Virus record (IMG/VR): IMGVR_UViG_3300020037_001525
Location: 25,938-89,937 of that record
Direction: 5' to 3' (one strand)
Length of the DNA stretch: 64,000 nt
Origin: a virus
Lineage: Duplodnaviria; Caudoviricetes
Positions 1 to 9,929 of this stretch are shown here, one piece after another; within the stretch, counting starts at the first letter, position 1; each line of letters opens with the position of its first letter. Made by a program: the position numbers and the translations under genes. The notes under the pieces are model-generated. The model was given only the letters and a program-made list of their open reading frames with translations, did no database searches and was not told where the DNA came from.

Positions 1-1331
1 ATCTCTGCGCTCTCTATCAATTCCATCTCAATCTCTACACGCTTTCTGTATAAATCAACATCAAGACCTCTTTTCTCAACTTTCTCAACAAATCCATATT
101 CTACCAACTCTCTAAAGTACTGTATGTTGCCCTTGCCTTTTGGTGCAAAATTATACTTTGGCAGTCTTGGTATACCAACTTCGATGCTAAAGTTGCAAGA
201 ATCAACAACCTGCTTCACACTATCAAGCATAGTATTGAACAAACGATTAAAGATATGCTTGTCTTTATACATCTTGGATGCTTGTTCTTCAATTTCGCTA
301 TATGGCTTGAAGTGTTCATCCTCACTGTAAGAGGTTATACGCTTGTCAACCTTATTGAGATATTCCTTCAACTGAAAATACTCTTTTTCTATGTAATAAC
401 TATCTTGTATCAAGATTGGTTGAATGTGGTCTGTATATTGCTTAGTATAATTTCTTATGAATTCAAGATTGCTCATGTCAACCTTATCTTCATAGAATTC
501 AGTGTAATCAACCTGTTGGTAAATCTGAGTGAAGTGTTTCTTGTAATTATCCACTGCTTTGACAAATCCTTTTCTATCATTCTGCAAATGGCTTAATAAT
601 CCGAATTTACAAAATACCAATATCAAACCTTCGGAATGTTCAAACAGTATCTCTTCGGTGATGAACTCACCATCAAACATGGAATTAGAATAGTTATTGA
701 TTTTCAGTAGGTTCAACCAACCTTGCTTATCCTTGACATAAAGTTTTACATCAAATTTCTTTTGTAATTTTTCTTCTGGGTTGTAATCATAAGCAACTGG
801 GACTGTTCTTCCAAGTATTGATTTTATACCTGCATCCCTGCATTCCATTTGAATGGCCATGGTTGCTGCTAATGTATTTTTATCACATATGCCTAATGCA
901 TTCATACCTAAAAACTTAGCTTTCTTGACCCAATTCTTTGGCTTACCACTTCCATTCAATAATTCGTATTCTGAATGTACTCCCAAGTGTATATACCTAT
1001 CATTGTTCTTAATCGCACAGTTGCCGACATACTTAAAATCATTGAATTCTGCTGAATATCTAAGGTATTCTGAATCTCCTGTATACTCCTTTAGTTTGGA
1101 ATAATACCACCTTTTGCCAAATTCAAACAGGAAATAGTCTATCTCATATTCTTCCAGATGCTTTTGTTCGACTGAATTGAGAGTGAAACAGCAATCCTCA
1201 TCAATTATCTTGTGTTTCTTTGGGTTCAAAAGCAACAACGTGCCTAAACCTTCAACAGTGTATAATGATTCACTTGCTTCCTCAACTATCAATAAGTTTT
1301 CTGCTATCCATGATTTTAAACTATCAGACAT
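1..1331 (-). CDS. dnaE: DNA polymerase III alpha-like (family C) polymerase, N-terminal part, truncated at window edge
   Basis: Not in the ORF track. Translated by hand from ATG at 1331 (overlaps the stop of the upstream gene); no stop in the stretches translated at both ends. PHP motifs HLGVHSEYELLNGSG and LGICDKNTLAA, and DLYRKRVEIEMELIES at the edge, match DnaE. Confidence 0.85.
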   Translation of the reverse strand, partial: MSDSLKSWIAENLLIVEEASESLYTVEGLGTLLLLNPKKHKIIDEDCCFTLNSVEQKHLEEYEIDYFLFEFGKRWYYSKLKEYTGDSEYLRYSAEFNDFKYVGNCAIKNNDRYIHLGVHSEYELLNGSGKPKNWVKKAKFLGMNALGICDKNTLAATMAIQMECRDAGIKSILGRTVPVAYDYNPEEKLQKKFDVKLYVKDKQGWLNLLKINNYSNSMFDGEFITEEILFEHSEGLILVFCKFGLLSHLQNDRKGFVKAVDNYKKHFTQIYQQVDYTEFYEDKVDMSNLEFIRNYTKQYTDHIQPILIQDSYYIEKEYFQLKEYLNKVDKRITSYSEDEHFKPYSEIEEQASKMYKDKHIFNRLFNTMLDSVKQVVDSCNFSIEVGIPRLPKYNFAPKGKGNIQYFRELVEYGFVEKVEKRGLDVDLYRKRVEIEMELIESAE

Positions 1332-2583
1332 ATTGATATGTGTTAGTTGCTCCTGTTCTCTTTCCGAAGAATGCTTCTGCTAACATTAGATAGTCCCATA
1401 CTACATAATCAGCTGGGTTCTCCTCATGTTCATGTTCATGAGCATGCTCAAAGAATGATTCAGCCTGAATTTCTTGTATCTCATCAAGTGCTTTTCGTTT
1501 GTTTTTGTTGAGTTTATATCGAACATATACTTCAAGTATTCTATAAACATCTGATAAATACTCACTTGATGACCAAATCATTGTTAATATTTCATCTCTT
1601 TCACTTTCATACTTCTCAGAATCTGTAAACAGCGCAGTCAAACCATTTATCATAGCATTAATCACTAAATCAATTTGCTTCAATCTTTCTGTTGCATCTG
1701 TGCTGCTATAATTGAAATCGAACTCTCTACTCTGCATATTGGTTCCATATTCGATAGTTTTATGCTTATCTTCAGTTGTTAGTATCTTGTTGGTCAGTTC
1801 ACCCATCTTGCCTTCTGTATACATATGGAGTGACTGCGAATTATGTACCTGACTTCCTAATTGCAATCCCAATATATTCGCACACAACTCTCCCATAAAT
1901 GAGAATTGGAATATATTTGTAGGCAATCCCCAATTTATATCATTGCTTCTGTTGGCAATTGTAGTGTGTAGTTTTCCGTCTCTAACTTTCCACATCCACA
2001 AATCATTGCATGGAATATCTTTGCTTGTAGTACCTAAATCTAACTCATAATTCCATATTTGTAGAACAATCCTTCTATCATTAGGATTGTTTTCTGCCAT
2101 TTGCAACGCTCTTTGCATCTGGTCGAATCCCATCTTAGCTTCATTCTGAACAAAAGAACTAATACCTGCATTTCTGATTCTGTATCCATATGGAGCATGA
2201 AAGTTCACGCCATCATCTGAATACTCCTTCATCTGAGAATTGAATATCTGCAAGAACGCCACATCTTTTCTACCAGCGAATATCCATAGTGCTTCAGCAA
2301 GCAAAAAGAATATGTTGATATCTCTGCTTCTTCCAGCCACACATCTTTCGTATGGATTGGATACCTCTGTTTTGAAGTTTAGAACTTCACAAGCATCACC
2401 ATTCCTTGAATTATCGTTTTTACCAAACTTATACAGTAAGTCAACCATATCAAAGTAAATTCTATTGAAGTTATCTGATTTTGCCACACCTAAATCAAAA
2501 TGTATTTCTGAAACCATGTCTTTATATTGTTTTTTTATATAACTTTGAAAGAAATTCCCCCAACGTATGTTGAGGGAATCCAC
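1324..2583 (-). CDS. Thymidylate synthase-fold enzyme, most likely dUMP hydroxymethylase
   Basis: TS motifs DIPCN (catalytic Cys), RSND and GLPTNIFQF (Asn at the dUMP-specificity position). SRNG, AEALWIFAGR and YSDDG..APYGYR resemble phage hydroxymethylases. 5-hmdU-modifying genes are in the same window. Confidence 0.8.
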   Translation of the reverse strand: MDSLNIRWGNFFQSYIKKQYKDMVSEIHFDLGVAKSDNFNRIYFDMVDLLYKFGKNDNSRNGDACEVLNFKTEVSNPYERCVAGRSRDINIFFLLAEALWIFAGRKDVAFLQIFNSQMKEYSDDGVNFHAPYGYRIRNAGISSFVQNEAKMGFDQMQRALQMAENNPNDRRIVLQIWNYELDLGTTSKDIPCNDLWMWKVRDGKLHTTIANRSNDINWGLPTNIFQFSFMGELCANILGLQLGSQVHNSQSLHMYTEGKMGELTNKILTTEDKHKTIEYGTNMQSREFDFNYSSTDATERLKQIDLVINAMINGLTALFTDSEKYESERDEILTMIWSSSEYLSDVYRILEVYVRYKLNKNKRKALDEIQEIQAESFFEHAHEHEHEENPADYVVWDYLMLAEAFFGKRTGATNTYQYV

Positions 2584-2604
2584 TTAAATTTATGGGTTTA
2601 TTGA

Positions 2605-3615
2605 TTATTTCTTCTTAATCGTTGTTACGATAGCTGTTTTCTTTGGTGCAGTTGTCTTATTTTCAAGACTCTCTTCCAATGCTTGCCTGTTTGCTCCCAT
2701 TTTGGTATCTGTAGAAGATGAACGCTTTATGGTTTCTTCGTACACATCGCTCTCCATAATGGTCAACACATCTGTACTTGTAACCTTCTTAATACATGGA
2801 TGAGATTCACCTCTGAACATACCAATCTCATGCTCCTGATATTCGTCAGGTAATAATTCTGTTAATTCCTCAACTGATTTGAATCTGTTCAGATAAAGAT
2901 TGCCCAACAATTCACCATCAACTAATTTCAACTCATCAAAATTCATGACAGTAACCTTTGAATTCTTACCTAATGCACGTATTGTGAAGCCTTGTTTCAA
3001 TATATCATATTGGAACTTCTTCAAAGGAAAATGGTCATGCAAGAACTCCAAGTATTCCATGTGGTCTTTTTTGTTTCTTGCATCGAATATGTTTTCTGCC
3101 AATTTCTTTTGAACTGTGTTAGTTGCCTTACCACCAACAGGTTTTGCCTTCTTCACCTCTTGAGCCAATTCATCAAGTTCATCTTCTGTTTCTCTTGCAG
3201 GTGCTGATTTCTTCTTTATAGCAACAGTTGCTTTCTTTGGTGGTGCTTCAACTTCTTCCTCTTCTTCCTCAAATTCTTCATCATCTTCAAGTTCATCATC
3301 CTCTTCCTCTTCCTCTTCAACAACAGCTACTTTTGGTGCAGTTTTCTTCACTGGTTTCTTGGGTGCTTCTTCCTCTTCTTCCTCTTCTTCCTCAACTTCT
3401 TCAGACTCATCATCAATAACCTCATCATCATCATTGAATAATTCTGCCATGTCGATTAGGTCATCTACACCTAAATCATCATCTAAGTCAGTGACTTCCT
3501 TGGATTCAAGAAATTCTACAAGTTTTACTGTTGCTTTTTCAGCTGTAACAGCTGTAATACCAAATTGTTTCAGCCTTTGGATTTGTTTTGGCTTTAATTG
3601 TGTTGTCGTTGCCAT
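2605..3615 (-). CDS. Hypothetical protein with long acidic low-complexity tract
   Basis: 336 aa ORF with poly-E/D runs flanked by Lys-rich segments; no family recognised. Confidence 0.75.
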   Translation of the reverse strand: MATTTQLKPKQIQRLKQFGITAVTAEKATVKLVEFLESKEVTDLDDDLGVDDLIDMAELFNDDDEVIDDESEEVEEEEEEEEEAPKKPVKKTAPKVAVVEEEEEEDDELEDDEEFEEEEEEVEAPPKKATVAIKKKSAPARETEDELDELAQEVKKAKPVGGKATNTVQKKLAENIFDARNKKDHMEYLEFLHDHFPLKKFQYDILKQGFTIRALGKNSKVTVMNFDELKLVDGELLGNLYLNRFKSVEELTELLPDEYQEHEIGMFRGESHPCIKKVTSTDVLTIMESDVYEETIKRSSSTDTKMGANRQALEESLENKTTAPKKTAIVTTIKKK

Positions 3616-3655
3616 TGTTATTGTTTTTATTTTTGAAATTAACTTTGTTGTTTAT

Positions 3656-4270
3656 TTATTCTTCCTCAGACCTCTTAAAAGTCTCAAAATGATTATTTGT
3701 GAAATCATACAATTCATTTCTTTTGCCTCTGAGAAGTTTACTGTGCTGCGATATCAAATTCTCTGCATTGATTTTTGGGAATTTGGTTGACAATTCCCTT
3801 ATAGTATGCCCTTTCAGAAATAATGAAAAACATGTCTTTCTGTCATTCTTCAAGCCCGCAAGTATATCAACATCATTAACTACACAAACCTCATTGTCTA
3901 AATCAATTTCTGATGCTACTGTACTGAAGAACCCTACATCTACTGTTTCCTCACCATTGCCTATTGAAATCTTGTCTTTGTTGTTGACATTGTCAATATT
4001 GAATATTCGTATGTAATCTTTCACTTTATTAGCCAGTGTAAGACGTATCCATGACTCCATTGGTGCTGGTTTCCTCATCCCTGTTTCTCTGTAGTCTGCC
4101 CACGCTCTACCATACCCCATGATTGACATATAAATCTTTATACGCATCTCCTGTTGTATGTCTTCAAGTAGAAGACCTTGTCTTTCATAATTGAACACCT
4201 TCTTAGCATATTCTCTTGATAGATACTCATACTTGTTGTACAGGCTGTTGATAACTTTGTTGTTTTGCAT
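3656..4270 (-). CDS. Putative phage RNA polymerase sigma-factor-like protein
   Basis: N-terminal YEYLSREYAKKV..EDIQQEMRIKIY resembles sigma70 region 2; C-terminal FLKGHTIRELS resembles a region 4 HTH. Confidence 0.5.
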   Translation of the reverse strand: MQNNKVINSLYNKYEYLSREYAKKVFNYERQGLLLEDIQQEMRIKIYMSIMGYGRAWADYRETGMRKPAPMESWIRLTLANKVKDYIRIFNIDNVNNKDKISIGNGEETVDVGFFSTVASEIDLDNEVCVVNDVDILAGLKNDRKTCFSLFLKGHTIRELSTKFPKINAENLISQHSKLLRGKRNELYDFTNNHFETFKRSEEE

Positions 4271-4297
4271 TTTGTATATTGGGTTTTAATTATTGTA

Positions 4298-5182
4298 CTA
4301 TTTTGATTGAATTTTACTCACTTTAGATGCTACACGTTCATATATCTTGTTATTGTATTTGATTACAATGTAACCATTGGGAGAATGGTTGTTCTTATGA
4401 AAATGAATGTATATACCCTTGTGTTTCTTGCCTTTAATGATGAAACTTACCAAATCACCCTTCTCATATCCTTCCAATTCTCCATTAACACCATGATTGC
4501 CAAATTGTTGGTAAGGTTTGAATTTGCCCGCATTGCTTGATGGTGCTTGTGTTAGTTTTGAATCAACTTTTGACACCCTTTTAGGTAATTTGTCTGTATT
4601 GTCCCATATTACATATATTATGTCGACTTCAGTATCCTTCTCAACCAACCCTTTAGTTTGTAATGACTCTACTATCTCTCTGGCTGCTTTCTTACTTATA
4701 TTGAACTCCTTAGTAATATCTGATAAACCCACATTTGAATACGTTGGTTCCTCAATCTTCCAGTAGCTAATTGTATCCATCAGAAAATCCAATACTTTTA
4801 CTTCATCCTTTGAAAGTTCGATTGGCTTAGGTTGATTCTCAACGTCTACAAGCCATTCATCAACATTATCTGGTGCTATATTACGTTCTGCGAGTAATTG
4901 CTTACCAAATTCTGAAAAACTGTATGTGCCTGCAATGTCTCCTTTGTCCTTCTTTGTTACTATGATTACATTCTTCTGTTCAAGTGATGAAATCACTCCA
5001 GAACGTATTCTGCCTTCATATGGAAGAAAATCATTCGCTGAATAATCCCATATGATGCTATCAACTCCATCATCACAGAAATCAGATGCAAAGAACATCT
5101 GTATGAACTGTAGTTCCTTAAATGTTAGGTTTGTTTGTTGTGCTCCTGCTGTATTATCTGCAGTCTTTTTAGCTTTATTCAT
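4298..5182 (-). CDS. Hypothetical protein with two winged-helix-like repeats
   Basis: Segments LTFKELQFIQ..SGVISSLEQKNVI and LSKDEVKVLDFL..AAREIVESLQTKGLV follow a wHTH pattern. Confidence 0.5.
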   Translation of the reverse strand: MNKAKKTADNTAGAQQTNLTFKELQFIQMFFASDFCDDGVDSIIWDYSANDFLPYEGRIRSGVISSLEQKNVIIVTKKDKGDIAGTYSFSEFGKQLLAERNIAPDNVDEWLVDVENQPKPIELSKDEVKVLDFLMDTISYWKIEEPTYSNVGLSDITKEFNISKKAAREIVESLQTKGLVEKDTEVDIIYVIWDNTDKLPKRVSKVDSKLTQAPSSNAGKFKPYQQFGNHGVNGELEGYEKGDLVSFIIKGKKHKGIYIHFHKNNHSPNGYIVIKYNNKIYERVASKVSKIQSK

Positions 5183-5248
5183 TTTTTTGAGGTTTTAATT
5201 ACGATACGAAGGTCTAAATTTTTTTTGAGATAACAAAATTTTTTTTGA
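5181..5248. repeat. Short direct repeats upstream of the wHTH gene
   Basis: AAATTTTTTTTGA at 5216-5228 and 5236-5248; partial copy at 5181-5190. Confidence 0.5.
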
Positions 5249-5303
5249 AATATTTTACTTTGAGATGCTATATCATTGTCCTCCACCAAATCTTAAATTT
5301 GAC

Positions 5304-6263
5304 TCACTTTAGCTTCTGAACTTTGGAATAAAAGAATTCAAGATAATCTGTAGAGTCTGTTAACGCTTTTGCTATAACATGAAAATCTGAACTTCCTGGG
5401 TCACCAGCATCAAGATAACACACATTAACATTACACCCCTTAAATTCATGTTTAAGTAATAGTGAATACTTCTTCATGATTTCTACACTATCTCTTGCAT
5501 CATAAAACAAGAAGAAATTCTTTATATTCCTGTATTTCTTTATGATACGTATTTGATTCTTTGTCAACTTGTTGCCGAATGAACCTACACATTTCATTGT
5601 TGCATCATTGTACAACTCCATTTCATTTGTTATAGATATCTTATCGAATATGCCCTCACATATTATCAATGTGTCTGTTCTATTGCTTAATTCATCTAAG
5701 CCAAATATCAAGTTAGCAAATTTTGTGCCTAAACTATTAGAATACCTATTCTCCATCTCATCATATATTGCCCTTCCTACAAATCCCTTCAATTTATAAT
5801 TGTTTATAATCTGTATAAGCGCATAATCTTTGTACTTAGACTTGAGTTCTGTATATCCAGGAATGTATAAATCAAAATCATTTTTTGTGAATTTCCTGCT
5901 TTTGAGATAATTTGTGAAATCATCATCAGTATCATAATTGCATTTCTTGAATCCAATAGGCAATCTGGTGACTTCATCTTTCTCAATATCTTCTATTGAT
6001 ATTTCCTCAAAATTGATATCAAGTACTGGATTGTTCAGTCTTATCACCTTCTCACCCTCAATCAAATAAAGTTTGCCAAGCTTACCAAGCAACTTCTTCA
6101 CTGTTCCGTCTTCCTTACACTTTTTGCAATCCCAAGCCAATGTCTTCTTATTCAAGAAAAAGTGCTTAGTCTTGCCGCAAAATGGGCAATCTGATATAAT
6201 CTGTGAACTGTGACTTTTATTCACATTGGTTAGGAATGGTATGATAGACTCAACTTTTATCAT
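5304..6263 (-). CDS. DNA primase (Zn finger + TOPRIM)
   Basis: CPFCGK..WDCKKC zinc finger, GFVGR, TOPRIM ICEGIFD; overlaps the helicase gene. Confidence 0.85.
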   Translation of the reverse strand: MIKVESIIPFLTNVNKSHSSQIISDCPFCGKTKHFFLNKKTLAWDCKKCKEDGTVKKLLGKLGKLYLIEGEKVIRLNNPVLDINFEEISIEDIEKDEVTRLPIGFKKCNYDTDDDFTNYLKSRKFTKNDFDLYIPGYTELKSKYKDYALIQIINNYKLKGFVGRAIYDEMENRYSNSLGTKFANLIFGLDELSNRTDTLIICEGIFDKISITNEMELYNDATMKCVGSFGNKLTKNQIRIIKKYRNIKNFFLFYDARDSVEIMKKYSLLLKHEFKGCNVNVCYLDAGDPGSSDFHVIAKALTDSTDYLEFFYSKVQKLK

Positions 6264-7588
6264 GATAACATGTCTTGTTCAAAGAATTTTGTTAATGTGC
6301 CCTTCCTATCATAGAATCTACTTCTTTTCAAATTTGTCTTTATGTATATTGGCTCGTTGCCACCCCAAACCTCTCTTGCTGCTACTATGTGTAGTCTTGC
6401 TATGCTTTCATGCTCCTCATCCTTTGTTCTATTGATTGAAATCATCATATCGACCACACGTATCTTACCTTTTTCTTCTCCCAGATGTTCTCTATCTAAT
6501 ACAAATTCAGGGTCATTTATCAATTCTCTACTTAACACTCCAGTTTGAGTTGCTGTAACTATCAACACATCCTGTTCCATAGCTATCTCCTTCATTCTTC
6601 TTGCTGTCTTCTGTTGTTTAAACCTCTCATCGCTTGGTTTGTATGTTTGATTATCTGGAGCCATTAACTCCAAGTAATCCACAACTACAAGTTTCAGATT
6701 AGGTCTCTTCTTCTTCATGTTTATTATACGTCTTTCAAGATTGTCTGCATTGAATGAATTGAACTTTTCAGGAGCATATACGAAAATCTCTGAATTCATT
6801 GTCTCACGTATCTTCTTATATGCTTTCAATGATTTGTCACTAAACTCACCAACCTTAACATCTTGATACAAATTACCAGACCAATTAGCATCGTATCTAT
6901 CCAAACATTCCTTCTTAGTTCCCTCAAGTTGTATATGTAAAACATCATACCCACTTCTTAATGTTGATATACCATAATGTGATAATGCAAATGACTTTCC
7001 ACCCTTTGATTCTGCGACGAATATTACTAATTGACCTGTTTCATGTCCACCATTGGTTCTTCTGTCAAGTTCATCAATGTATGACGGCATCTTAGTGACA
7101 TTCCCACCATTCAGACGTTCAACTTGTCTTTTTGCAAAATCACCAAATACTGCCGCATACTGCTCTGTATCGAGTGTGAAATTAGATATATCTTCAGCAC
7201 CTGTTGAGTATATTGTATATGCTTCCTTTGTTTTGTCTTTATTGAACAACTCAGATGCCTTATTGTAATTCTCAATAAACATACAGTTCTTGATGAAATC
7301 TTCCAAGCCATTGAGTATTGAATCAATATCGACTGGTTCCATCTCCTTTATCTCTTCCAACATTTCAAGTGCGTCTTTGTTCTTCCTCATGGCTAACTTC
7401 ATGGTGCCAATTGATGGTCGTATTTCACGTGTTTTATGCTGAAATACCAACTCATTAAATATAGCTTCTAAAGTCCCCTCTGGGATGTATGTCACTTTTA
7501 TATTATCAATGACAATACCCAAGAAATCCTTACTTTGGAAACATCCCTTGAATATGTCGAATATGAAATCACTATTTATTGTTTGCAT
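6260..7588 (-). CDS. DnaB-like replicative helicase
   Basis: Walker A AESKGGKS, QLEG, Walker B VVVDYLELM, TATQ; adjacent to primase. Confidence 0.85.
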   Translation of the reverse strand: MQTINSDFIFDIFKGCFQSKDFLGIVIDNIKVTYIPEGTLEAIFNELVFQHKTREIRPSIGTMKLAMRKNKDALEMLEEIKEMEPVDIDSILNGLEDFIKNCMFIENYNKASELFNKDKTKEAYTIYSTGAEDISNFTLDTEQYAAVFGDFAKRQVERLNGGNVTKMPSYIDELDRRTNGGHETGQLVIFVAESKGGKSFALSHYGISTLRSGYDVLHIQLEGTKKECLDRYDANWSGNLYQDVKVGEFSDKSLKAYKKIRETMNSEIFVYAPEKFNSFNADNLERRIINMKKKRPNLKLVVVDYLELMAPDNQTYKPSDERFKQQKTARRMKEIAMEQDVLIVTATQTGVLSRELINDPEFVLDREHLGEEKGKIRVVDMMISINRTKDEEHESIARLHIVAAREVWGGNEPIYIKTNLKRSRFYDRKGTLTKFFEQDMLS

Positions 7589-8204
7589 CTTGTATCTCTA
7601 ATCTTCTTTTATATAATAATGGGAAATCAAATTCCAATCTCTTGTTACATTCTTCTTTGAATATACACCCTCTACACCATTTAGACCTTGAATCATATAA
7701 TGTTGTTGTTGTGTAACACCAAAGCAACCCCTCTTGTTTATTGTATCTAACCTGCTTCTGATTCTCTTCAACGACACTTAATCTGTCAAACAGAATCATT
7801 GTTTTGTTCTTTCTTGCAACACTATACTTATCTTTGAATGTTTTTGTAAGCCTTAAACAAACTTCATTGTCTAATTTCAACTTCACTAACCACTTCTTTG
7901 ATATATTTCTATCATTCCATGCTGTAATAGCTTTTATACCAACAACCCAACTGAACATGATTTTATTCTTGCCATAGCCAGTAGAGTATGTTCCTGAATA
8001 CCTTGAGAATTGAAATTCAAAGTATTGTATGAACAATGTAACGCTTAATTCATGTTTCTTGTACTTGCCCTTCATGAATCTAACAAACTTCACCAACATC
8101 TTTGTTTCTGATAAATTTGGCTTAAATGTAAAAGAACTGTTAAGAGAGCATTGCCTGAACAACTCTTGATATAATTCAATTGATAGATTCCATATATTCA
8201 GCAT
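7572..8204 (-). CDS. Hypothetical protein with C-terminal Cys cluster
   Basis: 210 aa ORF between the two helicases; C..WCRGCIFKEEC possible Zn site. Confidence 0.65.
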   Translation of the reverse strand: MLNIWNLSIELYQELFRQCSLNSSFTFKPNLSETKMLVKFVRFMKGKYKKHELSVTLFIQYFEFQFSRYSGTYSTGYGKNKIMFSWVVGIKAITAWNDRNISKKWLVKLKLDNEVCLRLTKTFKDKYSVARKNKTMILFDRLSVVEENQKQVRYNKQEGLLWCYTTTTLYDSRSKWCRGCIFKEECNKRLEFDFPLLYKRRLEIQDANNK

Positions 8205-8206
8205 AA

Positions 8207-9739
8207 CTATAAATCAAACCAGTTTTCGATTATATCTCTGAACATAGGATAGAACTCCTTATCAGATGAATTCAATACGTGTATCTTATCCATACCCACA
8301 GATTCTATATAAACTTCTGCTCTATTAAGAGAATGTTCAGAGAAATACTTATAATTGTCTATGAAATCTATCATCAAAGCCTTTGTTTTTGTTTCCGTTA
8401 CACCTAATACTCTACCTTTCTTCTGTATCACAGCAGTTTGTTCAAGACCACCACCTGCGTTCACCATTATCTGAACCTCTGGCAATGTTATACCCTTCTT
8501 GAATACATCTGAAGCCAACAAGACACCACCTTTCTTCTTCAAGAAATTTGTACGAATGAATGTCCTGTCTTCTAATGCAGTGTCTCCTGATACGAAAGCA
8601 TCACCTGTTATTGACTTAATGTAATAACCATGCTCTTTCCTTGAAAACAATATGAGAGTTTTCAACGAATATTTTCTTAGTATCTCAGCGAAATTTATTA
8701 TTATTGTGTTCCTATAGAAATTATGTGTTATAATTTGCTTCAAATACTCATTGTAGTCGTCTAAACCTTCTTCCAAATTTATGTTCTTGTTATCTTCGTG
8801 GTCAATGTTTATCAAAAGAACAATATCCTCTGACAAATACCCTTGCTTCTTAAGGTCTGATTCTTTAATTTCATACACAATATCACCACAAACTGTACGG
8901 AGATTCAAATTATCCAACTCATTCTCTGATTTGAATGGTGTTGCTGATATGAACAATTTGAATTCAGCAATTTTCAGAAACCTACCTATGAAGGATAATC
9001 TTGATTTTGATGAGTATTCATGACACTCATCCACTATCAACAGATGGATTGTTTTAACATAATCTAACAACGTCTTCTTGCGCAAATTCTTGGCTTTAAT
9101 AGTTTCCTTGGTCATTACCTTGTTTCCACGCTTTGCCCCAGAGGTTATTGACTGTAATGTCTGAATTGTTGATACTGTTATTTGTTGTATATTAAATACA
9201 TCACCTCTTATCTCTCCTATGTTTGCTTCTGTAATGCCATTGATATGTGATGCGATATCCTTCTTAGCTTGTAACAACAAATCCAATGTATCAACAATGA
9301 ACAACATGTTTCTACTGTTATCATGTTTTATGTGTCTGATTACTTCAGCAGCAATAAAGGTCTTCCCACCTCTGGTTGGTACTTTAATGATACCATGCTT
9401 TTCTTTGAAGAACTTCTGTATAGCTCTGTGTTGGTATTTCCTGCTTGAAATTTCTTTCGAAAACTCCAATTTTGTTACAAACTCATCTTCTCTGTATAAC
9501 TCCCACTGCATGTTGTTGCTTGATAATGCTTCTATGACAATACTTTTGAATCCTGAAGGAAAGTTTTGTTTTGTTTTATCATAGAATCTTACAATTCCAT
9601 CCCATTTTTCTGCTTTGTAGGCTGGACTATATTCTTTGTCTGGATGCTCATATCTTAATGCCGCAAATATCACTTTCTTCTCTGAATATGATGCTTCAAA
9701 GTGTATGTATCCTTCATTATGTTGATATAATTCTACCAT
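8207..9739 (-). CDS. Superfamily 2 DNA helicase (UvsW-like)
   Basis: YQHRAI, PTRGGKT, IVDECHE, SATP, KKGITLP, QKKGRVL motifs. Confidence 0.9.
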   Translation of the reverse strand: MVELYQHNEGYIHFEASYSEKKVIFAALRYEHPDKEYSPAYKAEKWDGIVRFYDKTKQNFPSGFKSIVIEALSSNNMQWELYREDEFVTKLEFSKEISSRKYQHRAIQKFFKEKHGIIKVPTRGGKTFIAAEVIRHIKHDNSRNMLFIVDTLDLLLQAKKDIASHINGITEANIGEIRGDVFNIQQITVSTIQTLQSITSGAKRGNKVMTKETIKAKNLRKKTLLDYVKTIHLLIVDECHEYSSKSRLSFIGRFLKIAEFKLFISATPFKSENELDNLNLRTVCGDIVYEIKESDLKKQGYLSEDIVLLINIDHEDNKNINLEEGLDDYNEYLKQIITHNFYRNTIIINFAEILRKYSLKTLILFSRKEHGYYIKSITGDAFVSGDTALEDRTFIRTNFLKKKGGVLLASDVFKKGITLPEVQIMVNAGGGLEQTAVIQKKGRVLGVTETKTKALMIDFIDNYKYFSEHSLNRAEVYIESVGMDKIHVLNSSDKEFYPMFRDIIENWFDL

Positions 9740-9929
9740 TTTTTCAATTTTACTATTAACTCTGCGATGGGGATGATAGAAATTTCATTCTTTATGTATC
9801 CCTGTATACACCCTGTTATTATTGTCTTCGATAGATTTATCTATCGAAGACCAGTTGCAGGGATGGATAAGAGAGAAGAAGGAAGAAGAGTTCAGAGAAG
9901 AAGGAAGGAGAGAGAACAGGAAGGGACAT

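Noticed and set aside
1420-1450. His/Glu repeat (EHAHEHEHEE) in the TS homologue
   Set aside because: Short slippage-type expansion in a non-catalytic C-terminal region.
3228-3480. Tandem CTT/TCA repeats (also 44140-44360)
   Set aside because: They simply encode poly-Glu/Asp tracts.
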